Origin: Candidatus Latescibacterota bacterium
Lineage (GTDB): Bacteria; Latescibacterota; UBA2968; UBA8231
DNA: 64,000 nucleotides
Direction: 5' to 3'
NCBI GenBank assembly: GCA_965203355.1
Contig: OZ241889.1
Location: forward strand, 480,001 to 544,000
Below are positions 8,651 to 18,124 of this stretch, piece by piece (positions within the stretch are counted from its first letter, which is position 1; every line of letters begins with the position of its first letter). Made by a program: the position numbers and the translations under genes. The notes under the pieces are model-generated. The model searched no databases and was not told where the DNA came from. It saw nothing but the letters and a program-made list of their open reading frames with translations.

Positions 8651-9244
8651 ATGAAGGAGGCGACGCGCACTTGCAAAGAACGGCTCAGAAAGCGCGTCCT
8701 AGCTGTGCGCCTGGGCTTGGCCCGCAGCCAAGCGGAAGCTAGCTGGCAGGCCATATTAGAGAAGGTCTTGGGCTTGGAGGCGTACCGCGAGGCCAAACTC
8801 GTCCACACCTATGTCTCTAGCAAGGAAAACGAAGTCGATACGCACGCCTTGATCCGCGCTTGCTTTGCACACGGCAAGCGCGTGGCCGTGCCCGTAGTGA
8901 TGCCAGGCACGAAGACGCTGGGCCACGCGCTGATCGACGGCCTAGACCAACTCGTCGTCGGCCCCTCGGGGCTAGCGCAACCCGATCCGGCGGCGGCCAC
9001 TTGGCTGCCCGCAGCAGCTCACTTCGACTTGGTCGTGGTGCCGGGCCTCGCCTTTGACCGGCGCGGGCAGCGCATCGGCTGGGGCGGCGGCTACTACGAC
9101 CGCTTTCTCGCGCAAGTGCAGGCCGTCAAAATAGGGCTGTGCTACGACGCGCTAGTCCTCGACTGCATTCCCGGCGAGCCACACGATGTGCCCGTGGACC
9201 TGGTCGTCGCCGAAACCGCCATTTACCAAGGAGACCTTGCATGA
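8651..9244 (+). CDS. ygfA: 5-formyltetrahydrofolate cyclo-ligase
   Basis: KxxLRK N-terminus, ENEVDT, GKRVAVP, DLVVVPGLAFDRRGQRIGWGGGYYDRFL, EPHDVPVD. Confidence 0.92.
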   Translation: MKEATRTCKERLRKRVLAVRLGLARSQAEASWQAILEKVLGLEAYREAKLVHTYVSSKENEVDTHALIRACFAHGKRVAVPVVMPGTKTLGHALIDGLDQLVVGPSGLAQPDPAAATWLPAAAHFDLVVVPGLAFDRRGQRIGWGGGYYDRFLAQVQAVKIGLCYDALVLDCIPGEPHDVPVDLVVAETAIYQGDLA

Positions 9245-9555
9245 TCTACGAACTGCGCATCTATCGCTTCCACAAGGGAGCCGACGACAAAAAGAAATTC
9301 CGCGCCGGCTTTGCCAAGGCCCGCCGCTTTATGGCCAAGTACGGCGTGACGTTTGTCGCGGCATGGGAAAATCCCGACCGCGACGACGAGTTCATCTGGA
9401 TTCGCGCCTTCCCCAACGCCAAGGCCCGCGACAAGGCGATTGAAGCCTATTACGGCAGCCCAGAATGGGCCAAGATCGTCGATCAAATCCGGCCGCTAAT
9501 CCGCCGGCGGGAAGTGCGAGTAATGAAAGCATTGCCCTATTCGACCCTGAAGTAA
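9241..9555 (+). CDS. NIPSNAP family protein
   Basis: MIYELRIYRF...FIWIRAF...YYGSPEW; ATGA overlap with the upstream gene. Confidence 0.85.
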   Translation: MIYELRIYRFHKGADDKKKFRAGFAKARRFMAKYGVTFVAAWENPDRDDEFIWIRAFPNAKARDKAIEAYYGSPEWAKIVDQIRPLIRRREVRVMKALPYSTLK

Positions 9556-9559
9556 AATA

Positions 9560-10540
9560 ATGCTCCGCATCGGCCCAATAACCGCTGACCCCGGCATCCT
9601 GCTAGCGCCCATGGAGGATGTTTCCGAGCTACCGTTCCGCCTGATTTGCCGGGAACTGGGAGCCGACATCGTCTATACCGAGTTCGTCAATGCCGAGGGG
9701 CTGTTGCGCGAAGATCCCAACGGGCCGCGCCGCGCTTTTCGCAAGCTGCGCTTTGCCGAGGCCGAGCGACCTTTGGCCATCCAACTCTACGGCGCGGCCT
9801 CGCTGTCTATGGAGAAAGCCACCGAAATCGCCAGCGCACAAAACCCAGACTTCATCGACATCAACTGCGGCTGCTGGGTGAGCAATGTAGCACTGCGCGG
9901 AGCCGGGGCCGGGCTGTTGCGCGACTTGCCGCAGATGAAGGAGGTCGTCTCGCGCGTCATCGGCGCAACCCACCTGCCGGTGACCGTGAAGACGCGCCTC
10001 GGCTGGGACCAGCAGAGCATTCGCATCGTCGCGGTTGCTCAGATGCTCGAGGCACTGGGCGTACAGGCACTGGCCATTCACTGCCGCACCCGCGCACAAG
10101 GCCACAAGGGCGCAGCAGATTACGAGTGGATTCCCAAGGTCAAGGCGGCGGTCTCCATACCGATCATTCTCAACGGCGACGTCACCTCGCCGCAAATAGT
10201 CAAACACGCCTTCGACAGCACCGGGTGCGACGGGGTGATGATCGGCCGCGCGGCCATCCGCCACCCGTGGATTTTCCGCGAATCCCAGCACTACCTCCAG
10301 ACGGGTGCGCTCCTGCCCGAACCGAGTTGGCCGGAGCGCGTTGAGCTGTGCCTCAAGCACCTGCGACTGGCCGTTGAACACGACGGCCCGCAGGGGGCCC
10401 TGATCGGCATGAGACGCCACTACGCCGGGTACTTTCGCGGTCTGCGCGGCGCGGCGCGGCTCAGAGCCGAACTGGCGGGCTACAAGGAACTAAGCCCCTT
10501 GTTGGACCGCCTCGCGGAACTGCAACGCCTCGCCGCCTGA
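9560..10540 (+). CDS. dusB: tRNA dihydrouridine synthase
   Basis: LLAPMEDVS, DINCGC, PVTVKTRLGWD, HCRTRAQ, NGDV, GVMIGRAA..HPWIF. Confidence 0.9.
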   Translation: MLRIGPITADPGILLAPMEDVSELPFRLICRELGADIVYTEFVNAEGLLREDPNGPRRAFRKLRFAEAERPLAIQLYGAASLSMEKATEIASAQNPDFIDINCGCWVSNVALRGAGAGLLRDLPQMKEVVSRVIGATHLPVTVKTRLGWDQQSIRIVAVAQMLEALGVQALAIHCRTRAQGHKGAADYEWIPKVKAAVSIPIILNGDVTSPQIVKHAFDSTGCDGVMIGRAAIRHPWIFRESQHYLQTGALLPEPSWPERVELCLKHLRLAVEHDGPQGALIGMRRHYAGYFRGLRGAARLRAELAGYKELSPLLDRLAELQRLAA

Positions 10541-10695
10541 TTCCCATCCTTCTGCAATTTTCGCTCCCGTCCCGTTTTAATTGGGGACAATTCATAAATT
10601 TTTTCTATTAATTACATAGCAATTATTAATTTGCTCAATAAACAGAACCTTCTACTTTACTTTAAACCTTACTCTTCCACACAAAGGAGACTGCT

Positions 10696-12009
10696 GTGAA
10701 CCAACCCAAATCCATCGCCCCGGCCACGGGCAAACTCGGCGTCCTCATTCCCGGCATGGGCGCGGTGGCCACCACGGTTATCGCTGGCGTCGAAGCCATC
10801 AAAGCCGGCATCGGCCAGCCCATCGGCTCGCTGACCCAAATGGGCACCATCCGTTTGGGCAAGCGCACCGAAGGACGCACGCCGCTCATCAAGGACTTCG
10901 TACCGCTGGCCGGCATTGACAGCCTAGTCTTCGGCGGCTGGGATGTCTTTCCAGAGGACGCCTATGACTCGGCCATCCACGCTGGCGTCTTGGACAAGGA
11001 ACTGCTCGGCCAACTCGCGGACCCGCTCAAAGCCGTCAAACCAATGCCCGCGGTTTTCGACCGCAACTACGTGCGCCGTCTCGAAGGCTCTAACGTCAAA
11101 AACGCCAAGAGCAAGTGGGATGCCGTGCTCGAAGTGCGCGAAGACATCCAGCGCTTCAAGGCCGACAACAGCGTCGAACGGCTGGTGATGATTTGGTGCG
11201 GCAGCACCGAGGTCTTCATGCAGCACCACGACGTACACGACACCATCGAGAGCCTTGAAAAGGCCATCAAGGAAAACCACCCGGCCATTCCTCCGAGCAT
11301 GATCTACGCCTATGCCGCGCTACAGGAAGGCGTCCCCTTTCTAAACGGTGCGCCGAATTTGACCGTAGATGTCCCGGCCATGGTCGAACTGGCGCGGCAA
11401 AAGTGCGTACCCATTGGCGGCAAGGACTTCAAAACCGGCCAAACCCTGATGAAGACCCTGCTAGCCCCGGGTCTCAAGGCACGGATGCTGGGCGTACAGG
11501 GCTGGTTTTCGACCAACATCTTGGGCAATCGCGACGGCGAGGTGCTCGACGACCCCGACTCGTTCAAGACCAAGGAAGTCAGCAAGCTCGACGTGCTGGA
11601 GTTCATCTTGCAACCCAACCTCTACCCCCAGCTCTACGGCGACATTTACCACAAAGTGCGGATCAACTACTATCCACCACGCGGCGACGAGAAAGAAGGC
11701 TGGGACAACATCGACATCTTCGGCTGGCTGGGGATGCCCATGCAGATCAAGGTCAATTTCCTCTGCCGCGATTCGATTCTCGCCGCGCCGTTGGTTTTGG
11801 ACTTGGTGCTGTTTGCCGACTTGGCGCAGCGGGCGCAGATGGCGGGGACCCAAGAGTGGTTATCGTTTTACTTCAAAAGCCCGATGACCGCGCCCGACCT
11901 CTACCCCGAGCACGACCTCTTCATCCAGCTAATGAAGCTCAAGAACACGCTGCGCTTCTTGCAGGGCGAAGACCTAATTACCCACTTGGGTCAAGAGTAC
12001 TACGACTAG
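10696..12009 (+). CDS. ino1: myo-inositol-1-phosphate synthase
   Basis: NGAPN, GKDFKTGQTLMK, NILGNRDG, YYPPRGDEKEGWD, CRDSILAAP, SFYFKSP; RBS AAGGAG before GTG. Confidence 0.93.
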   Translation: MNQPKSIAPATGKLGVLIPGMGAVATTVIAGVEAIKAGIGQPIGSLTQMGTIRLGKRTEGRTPLIKDFVPLAGIDSLVFGGWDVFPEDAYDSAIHAGVLDKELLGQLADPLKAVKPMPAVFDRNYVRRLEGSNVKNAKSKWDAVLEVREDIQRFKADNSVERLVMIWCGSTEVFMQHHDVHDTIESLEKAIKENHPAIPPSMIYAYAALQEGVPFLNGAPNLTVDVPAMVELARQKCVPIGGKDFKTGQTLMKTLLAPGLKARMLGVQGWFSTNILGNRDGEVLDDPDSFKTKEVSKLDVLEFILQPNLYPQLYGDIYHKVRINYYPPRGDEKEGWDNIDIFGWLGMPMQIKVNFLCRDSILAAPLVLDLVLFADLAQRAQMAGTQEWLSFYFKSPMTAPDLYPEHDLFIQLMKLKNTLRFLQGEDLITHLGQEYYD

Positions 12010-12483
12010 GAGCTTTTAATACCCGCCCAATTTTCTCAATTTTGCCGCACAGCGAGTTGGGAAACCGCTACTGGTCAAATGGAAATAGATTTCGTCCGGG
12101 ATTTATCGTTTTCTAAAGACCAAAAAAGACAGGTCTCACCTTTGGCCTTTGAGCGGGTCGCTAATGGCCCCAACTCCTTCAACGCCGAAGCTCAGAAAGC
12201 CTATGTCTTCCCTAGGCCGGGTTAAGAAGATGCCATGAGAGCGGTTCCCTCTTTGCCGTCACTCGGTATGGGCTTACTTTTTGGCCTTGAAGTAGATCGC
12301 GACCAAAAGGACTGCTTATCCGACCCTGACGAATGGTCTGTGAATTGTGTACGTCGAGGCAATCAATGAACCAGAGACGCGCTGTGAATAGCACACACGC
12401 AAGGCGTCTGGAATGGCATTGCCGAAATGAAACGCCTCATGGCAAGCAGACAATGGGAATGGTAAACAAGGATTCGTAAGCCC

Positions 12484-13647
12484 ATGAGGATACCTGTTGC
12501 ATATCAGCCCGGCTACGAAAAGGCCCGTGCGTCCAACCCTGAGACTGCCGATAAGTACATCGAGCACACGCTCATCGGCGATCCCGCAGCCGACACCTTG
12601 GTCAATGCAATAGCTGACGCCAACCAAGAGCAGCAGGCCGAGTTCATCAGGGGCGGGATGGATGGGGATGAGGAGGCTTTGCGCGCTGCACCGCAGGCTG
12701 TGAGGGAGTTCTTTGGTGGGGTTGGGACGCCGCCGGCATGGTTCGATCCACAGGTAGTGTATGCTGGATGCCGCAAATTCCACGCTTACTCAGACCTGTT
12801 TCTCACCGCGTTTGTCGCTGATATCATCGTCCGGGGTTTCACGACGCTAATCAGCCAATCGTTCTTCATTACGGGGCGGCTAACGGATCGGGGGGTGCGG
12901 CGGTTGCGGCAGAATATCCGGCATCTCTTAGAGATCATGTTGCCAGGCGGCCTAGAGCGGCATGGCGAAGGTTGGAAACTGTCCGTCCGCCTCCGGCTGG
13001 TACATGCGCGGATCAGGCAACAGTTGCTCGCTTCTGAAGATTGGGACCAAGAAGCCCACGGAATGCCGCTGAGTGCTGCCCACATTGCGCTCGCGTCCTG
13101 TAACTTCTCTGGAATGATGCTGTGGGCGGCCGAGCGGCTTGGCGCGCGTCTGAACGATGAAGAGCGCGATAGCTTTATGCAAATCTGGCGCTACACCGCT
13201 TGGCTGATGGGGGTGCCCGACGCGCTATTGTTCCGCGATGAGGCCGAGGCCCGTGAAACATTCCGCGTGGGCTACATGTGTGAGCCGCCCTTCGGCGTGG
13301 AAGCCATTGCCATGGCAAACTCGGTGATTAACTCGGCTCCCTTAGTAATTGGCATTGAAGACAAAGATGAACGCCGGGCCCTGATTAGCTATGGGTACCG
13401 CCTTTCGCGCGCATTGCTCGGAGACGAGCTCGCCGACCAACTCATGTTTCCAAAAAATCGGACGGCTGGGGCGTTGGTGTATTTGCGGTTTCGGCGTAGA
13501 ATCCAAGAGTTTATCGATGTCTTTAGGGAAGCCAAAGGGCTGCGCACCCAAAACTTTATAACCCTGCTCGACATATCCGAGCTCAATGAAGAGGGGATCA
13601 GTTACCGACTGCCCGACGAGCTACACGGAGACGCATCGCGTTGGTAG
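12484..13647 (+). CDS. Oxygenase MpaB/latex-clearing-protein (DUF2236) family heme oxygenase, no signal peptide
   Basis: GDPxAD, PxWFD, TGRL, VRLRLVHARIR (heme-His motif), WD...GMPLS, WRYTAWLMGVP. Confidence 0.82.
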   Translation: MRIPVAYQPGYEKARASNPETADKYIEHTLIGDPAADTLVNAIADANQEQQAEFIRGGMDGDEEALRAAPQAVREFFGGVGTPPAWFDPQVVYAGCRKFHAYSDLFLTAFVADIIVRGFTTLISQSFFITGRLTDRGVRRLRQNIRHLLEIMLPGGLERHGEGWKLSVRLRLVHARIRQQLLASEDWDQEAHGMPLSAAHIALASCNFSGMMLWAAERLGARLNDEERDSFMQIWRYTAWLMGVPDALLFRDEAEARETFRVGYMCEPPFGVEAIAMANSVINSAPLVIGIEDKDERRALISYGYRLSRALLGDELADQLMFPKNRTAGALVYLRFRRRIQEFIDVFREAKGLRTQNFITLLDISELNEEGISYRLPDELHGDASRW

Positions 13648-13659
13648 GGCTAAAAAACC

Positions 13660-15036
13660 ATGAAAACAAGCAGAGTCATCATAATTGGCGGCGGAGCGGC
13701 TGGCCTGAGTGCTGCCTACACCCTCAAGAAGCGCGGCATCACGCCCATCCTTCTCGAAGCCAAAGACCGCGTGGGCGGACGGCTGGGCGGCGACCGGGTG
13801 GATGGTTTTTGCTTAGACGAAGGCGCGGACTTCTTCTGCAATTCCTACGATGTTGCCTTTCGCCTATGCGAGGAATTGGGACTGCCGCTGATTCGTTCGG
13901 CGATGAACCTCGGCTGGTACAGAAATGGCCGATGGGTTCAAACGGTGCCGTTCCAGTCCGTTGGTGCCCTTATTAGGAACCTGTCGCCATCCTGGACATT
14001 GGGGTTTTTGTCGCCCCGGGTAGTCTGGTCGATTCTGAAGCTGGTCCGGGCGATCGGGCGACAATCGGAGTACCTGAATTTCTCCAGTGAATGTCGGATC
14101 GTCGAACTCGACGGAGCGGAGAACTTTGGCGACTATCTGGCCAGAATCGGCGTACCCGATCATCTAAAGGTAACGCTGAGCGGCTTCTTGGAGATGACGA
14201 TGGGCCACATCGAATACGCCAGCGCCGCGTACATGCGGACGTATCTGGCGGAAATGTTGTTAAAAGCCGATCAGATATATGTACCGGAGCAGGGGGCCGG
14301 TGCCCTGACCCACGCCCTGGTCGAGGCGTGTGGAGATGTCATTCGCGTTTCGACGCCGACCAGGCGCGTGGTCATCCGGGACGGCGCGGCGACAAGCGTG
14401 ATCACCGACGACGGTTCCATGGAAGCGGACGCGGTCATTTGCGCCCTCCCGGCCACGAAGGTGGCGGGCGTCATTCCCGACCTGTCGGCTGAGATTCGCC
14501 ACGCGCTCGGCAAGGTCACCTACTCGACTGGGGTTCGAGTGGTGATCGGCCTCGACCACCCCCCGCTCCCCGCTGGTTGGCACGGCGCGTTGTACCCCGA
14601 GGACGAAACGCCGCTCCTGCTGGATCGGTCCATAAACTTGCCCGCCATCACGCCGCCGGGCAAGAGTACGCTTGACCTGCTCGTCGGTAGGGATCGGGCG
14701 GAAGAGCTACTGCCGCTGGACGACGAGGAAATCAAGTGCCAGATGCTTGGCGACGTGCGCCGAAACCCCCCTCCTAACTCCGCTCTCCCCAGCGACGATG
14801 AAGGGCTGTTTACCCGCGTGTACCGCTGGCCGGAGGCCGTGTGCATGATGGCGCCTGGCATGTTCAAAGCGGTAGCAGAGATGCGCCGTCAGCTCGCTCG
14901 AGACGTAAAGAATCTATTCCTGGCGGGCGACTACACGCGGGTGCCCTCGGTGAACGGCGCCTTGGCCAGTGGCGTCGATGCGGCGAATGAGGCCGTGGAT
15001 TTGCTAGCGTTCCGTCAAAACGACATGGCAAAATGA
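13660..15036 (+). CDS. FAD-dependent oxidoreductase (amine oxidase/protoporphyrinogen oxidase fold)
   Basis: IIGGGAAGLSAA...LEAKDRVGGR, GFxLDEGA, C-terminal LFLAGDY...SVNGALASG. Confidence 0.85.
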   Translation: MKTSRVIIIGGGAAGLSAAYTLKKRGITPILLEAKDRVGGRLGGDRVDGFCLDEGADFFCNSYDVAFRLCEELGLPLIRSAMNLGWYRNGRWVQTVPFQSVGALIRNLSPSWTLGFLSPRVVWSILKLVRAIGRQSEYLNFSSECRIVELDGAENFGDYLARIGVPDHLKVTLSGFLEMTMGHIEYASAAYMRTYLAEMLLKADQIYVPEQGAGALTHALVEACGDVIRVSTPTRRVVIRDGAATSVITDDGSMEADAVICALPATKVAGVIPDLSAEIRHALGKVTYSTGVRVVIGLDHPPLPAGWHGALYPEDETPLLLDRSINLPAITPPGKSTLDLLVGRDRAEELLPLDDEEIKCQMLGDVRRNPPPNSALPSDDEGLFTRVYRWPEAVCMMAPGMFKAVAEMRRQLARDVKNLFLAGDYTRVPSVNGALASGVDAANEAVDLLAFRQNDMAK

Positions 15037-17315
15037 CCCTGTTGGACCGCTATATCAACTTCACTCTTTCCCGCCGGTGGCTGGTTGTTTTGCTGGCCGT
15101 GCTGTCCATGCTTGCCGCGGCGGCGGGCCTGCCCGGCATCGCTGTTTCCAGCAGCTATCGCGTGCTGTTCGGCAAGGACAATCCCGACCTCCTTGCATTC
15201 GACAAATTGCAGGATACCTATTCCGCATCGAGGTCGGCACTGATTGCGATTGCCCCGAAAGTGGGAACGGTGTTCACTCGGGAGACCCTCGCTGCGATTG
15301 AAGAACTGACTGAGGCGGCGTGGCAGACACCGCACTCGATCCGAGTCAATTCACTGACCAATTATTTCCACAGTGAAGCCGTTGAGGACGACCTGACAAT
15401 CGCACCTTTGGTAGAGGGTGCAGCGTCTTTAAGCGACGCCGAACTTGATCGGATCCGGACCATTGCCTTGAGCGAACCCGAACTCGTTGGGCAGCTAATT
15501 GCTGGTGACGGGCGAGTGGGCGGGCTGGTCATCAGCTTTGCTTTATCCGAGCCAGAGGAACCCGCTTGGGCCGAAATTTCGAACTATCTCAACGGCCTGC
15601 TCGATAAGGCCCGGGTCGCCCATCCAGATCTGGCCTACTTCCTAACCGGCAATGTGATCATGAACCAAGCCTTCACCGACGCTGCCCAGGATGGAGAGCA
15701 ACTTATCCCGATTGTGTTTCTCGTCATCTTGGCCATCGCCGCTCTCCTCCTGCGCTCGGTGTACACCACCCTTTCCATTGCAGTCATTCTCGTATTCACT
15801 GTCCTGAGCACCATGGGGGTTGCGGGCTGGTTTGGCACCATGCTCACACCGATCAGTGCAAGCGTGCCGGTCGTCATCATGACGGTCGGGGTCGCCCATG
15901 CGATCCACATCGCAACCATCGCACTGTCCGGCATGCGCCAAGGGCTGGAGCGGAACGCAGCACTTGCGAAATCCCTGCGCGACAATCTGTATCCGGTTTT
16001 TCTGACATCCGCCACAACCTCGGTCGGATTCCTCAGCCTGAACACATCGGATTCGCCGCCGTTCCACGTCCTCGGCAATCTGGTCGCGCTGGGCGTGCTA
16101 TTCACGTTCATCTATTCAGTAACGCTCCTGCCGGCGGTGCTTTCGATCCTGCCCCTGCGCGTGACGCCGGCCCGCACTGGGGGAACCTCGGTTTTTGACC
16201 GCCTCGGGAGTTTCGTCGTCGCGCAACGCAAACTGGTCCTCTGGTCCAGCGTCCTCGTGGTCGCGGTGCTGGCGACCGGCGTTCTCCGCAACGAACTGAG
16301 CGACAACTGGCTCCATCATTTCGATGACCGCTACACCTTCCGCACCGATACGGATTTCATTATCGAGAATCTGACCGGGTTGGACCGGCTTGAATACTCA
16401 TTGAGTTCCGGGCGCGAGGGCGGCATCACCGATCCCGAATACCTGCGCAGGGTCGATGCGTTTGCCGAATGGTACCGCGCCCAGCCCGAAGTGCATCACG
16501 TTCAGGCGTTTGCGGACATCATGAAGCGCATAAACGAGAACATGCACGGGGATGATCCAGCGTTCTACCGGATACCTGACGATCCCGAACTCGCCGCGCA
16601 ATTCCTGCTGCTTTACGAATTTTCGCTGCCCTTCGGCACCGATCTCAACGATCGCATGGACATCGCCAAATCCGCAACGCGCATGACCGTAGTGCTCGAA
16701 AACACATCTACGCGGGACCATCTCGATATCGATGCGCGTGCCCGGAATTGGTTGCAGGCCAATGCGTCCGAACTCGCGGGCGCGGCTTCGGGCTTCACCA
16801 TGATTTCCGCCCATCTGTCGAATCAGAACATCAACAGCATGCTGGCCGGCACGATTCTCGCCACGGGCATCATTTCGGTGATTCTGATCCTGGTTTTCTG
16901 GAATGTCCGCATCGGTCTGATCTGTCTGGTGCCGAATTTTATTCCGGCGGTGATGGCTTTCGGTCTGTGGGGATATTGCGTCGGCCAAGTTGGGCTTGGC
17001 GCATCTGTGGTAACCGCGATCGCCATTGGCATCATCGTGGACGATACGATCCATTTTCTCACCAAGTATCTGAAAGCCCGCCGGCAAGGGCTGCCAGCGT
17101 CCGAGGCCGTACTCGCCACATTTCGCACCGTGGGCCCGGCGTTGTGGGCCACCACCGCCATTCTGACAGCCGGTTTCTTGGTGTTCGCCTCCTCTGGATA
17201 CGAGCCTAACTGGGTGCTCGGCCTTTTGGTTGCGCTCACGATCTTCTTTGCATTCGTCGCCGATTTCTTCCTCCTTCCGACGCTGCTGATTGCCATTGAC
17301 CGGAGAAACTCATGA
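15033..17315 (+). CDS. MMPL/RND-superfamily lipid transporter
   Basis: Two repeats of TM + periplasmic loop + 5 TM; GVAHAIH, TSATTSVGFLSL, GIIVDDTIHF. Confidence 0.9.
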   Translation: MTLLDRYINFTLSRRWLVVLLAVLSMLAAAAGLPGIAVSSSYRVLFGKDNPDLLAFDKLQDTYSASRSALIAIAPKVGTVFTRETLAAIEELTEAAWQTPHSIRVNSLTNYFHSEAVEDDLTIAPLVEGAASLSDAELDRIRTIALSEPELVGQLIAGDGRVGGLVISFALSEPEEPAWAEISNYLNGLLDKARVAHPDLAYFLTGNVIMNQAFTDAAQDGEQLIPIVFLVILAIAALLLRSVYTTLSIAVILVFTVLSTMGVAGWFGTMLTPISASVPVVIMTVGVAHAIHIATIALSGMRQGLERNAALAKSLRDNLYPVFLTSATTSVGFLSLNTSDSPPFHVLGNLVALGVLFTFIYSVTLLPAVLSILPLRVTPARTGGTSVFDRLGSFVVAQRKLVLWSSVLVVAVLATGVLRNELSDNWLHHFDDRYTFRTDTDFIIENLTGLDRLEYSLSSGREGGITDPEYLRRVDAFAEWYRAQPEVHHVQAFADIMKRINENMHGDDPAFYRIPDDPELAAQFLLLYEFSLPFGTDLNDRMDIAKSATRMTVVLENTSTRDHLDIDARARNWLQANASELAGAASGFTMISAHLSNQNINSMLAGTILATGIISVILILVFWNVRIGLICLVPNFIPAVMAFGLWGYCVGQVGLGASVVTAIAIGIIVDDTIHFLTKYLKARRQGLPASEAVLATFRTVGPALWATTAILTAGFLVFASSGYEPNWVLGLLVALTIFFAFVADFFLLPTLLIAIDRRNS

Positions 17316-18124
17316 TTGCCACGCGACTCATGCTGCCGTTTTTCGCGCTTTGTCTGATCACGTTGACTTATCTTGGCGCGGCACCTGCTCATTCCGAAAG
17401 CACCACCCCCGAGGCAATCGGACTGAAAATTGCTCAGGACGCGCGCGCACGCGAGGCGGGTTTTGGCAACTTTACCGCCCAACAAACCATGGTGCTGCGC
17501 AACAAACACGGCCAAGAGAGCCAACGCCAGCTCCGGGTAAAGATCCTCGAAGTCCCCAACGACGGCGACAAGAGCCTGTTTGTGTTCAATGAGCCGCGCG
17601 ATGTTCAGGGAACGGCGCTGCTCATTCACGCGCATCGGGAAAGCGCGGACGATCAATGGCTCTACCTACCCGCTCTGAAGCGAGTCAAGCGCATTAATTC
17701 GTCGAATCGGTCCGGCTCCTTCATGGGGAGCGAATTTGCCTATGAGGACCTGACCGCCGAGGCCGTGGAGAAATTCACCTACCGCTACCTGCGCGACGAG
17801 CCTTGCGGAGATTTGACCTGCGCGATCTCCGAACGCATTCCCGTGGATGAGAAATCCGGCTATAGCCGCCAAGTGGTCTGGCGCGACAAGGACGAGCTGC
17901 GCGTGTGGAAAGTGGAGTACTACGACCGCAAGGATGCCCATTTGAAGACGCTTACGCTGAGGGATTATCAGCAGTACTTGGGGCGTTACTGGCGCGCTGG
18001 CGAGATGGCGATGGAAAATCATCTGACCGGAAAAAGCACCGTGCTGACCTGGACGGATTTTCAATTTCAAACCGATCTCGACGCCCGTGATTTTACGCGA
18101 ACCGGGCTGAAACGGGCGCGTTGA
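17312..18124 (+). CDS. Outer membrane lipoprotein-sorting (LolA-like) periplasmic protein
   Basis: Signal peptide; FNEPRDVQGTALL, DDQWLYLPALKRVKRI, SFMGSEFAYED, YYDRK...KTL. Confidence 0.88.
   Translation: MIATRLMLPFFALCLITLTYLGAAPAHSESTTPEAIGLKIAQDARAREAGFGNFTAQQTMVLRNKHGQESQRQLRVKILEVPNDGDKSLFVFNEPRDVQGTALLIHAHRESADDQWLYLPALKRVKRINSSNRSGSFMGSEFAYEDLTAEAVEKFTYRYLRDEPCGDLTCAISERIPVDEKSGYSRQVVWRDKDELRVWKVEYYDRKDAHLKTLTLRDYQQYLGRYWRAGEMAMENHLTGKSTVLTWTDFQFQTDLDARDFTRTGLKRAR

Noticed and set aside
10606-10632. AT-rich imperfect palindrome upstream of ino1 as an operator
   Set aside because: Such symmetry arises easily in very AT-rich sequence and no regulator is nearby.
12079-12225. 48-aa ORF MEIDFVRDLS...YVFPRPG after ino1
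   Set aside because: No clear RBS or recognisable motif; may be chance or debris.
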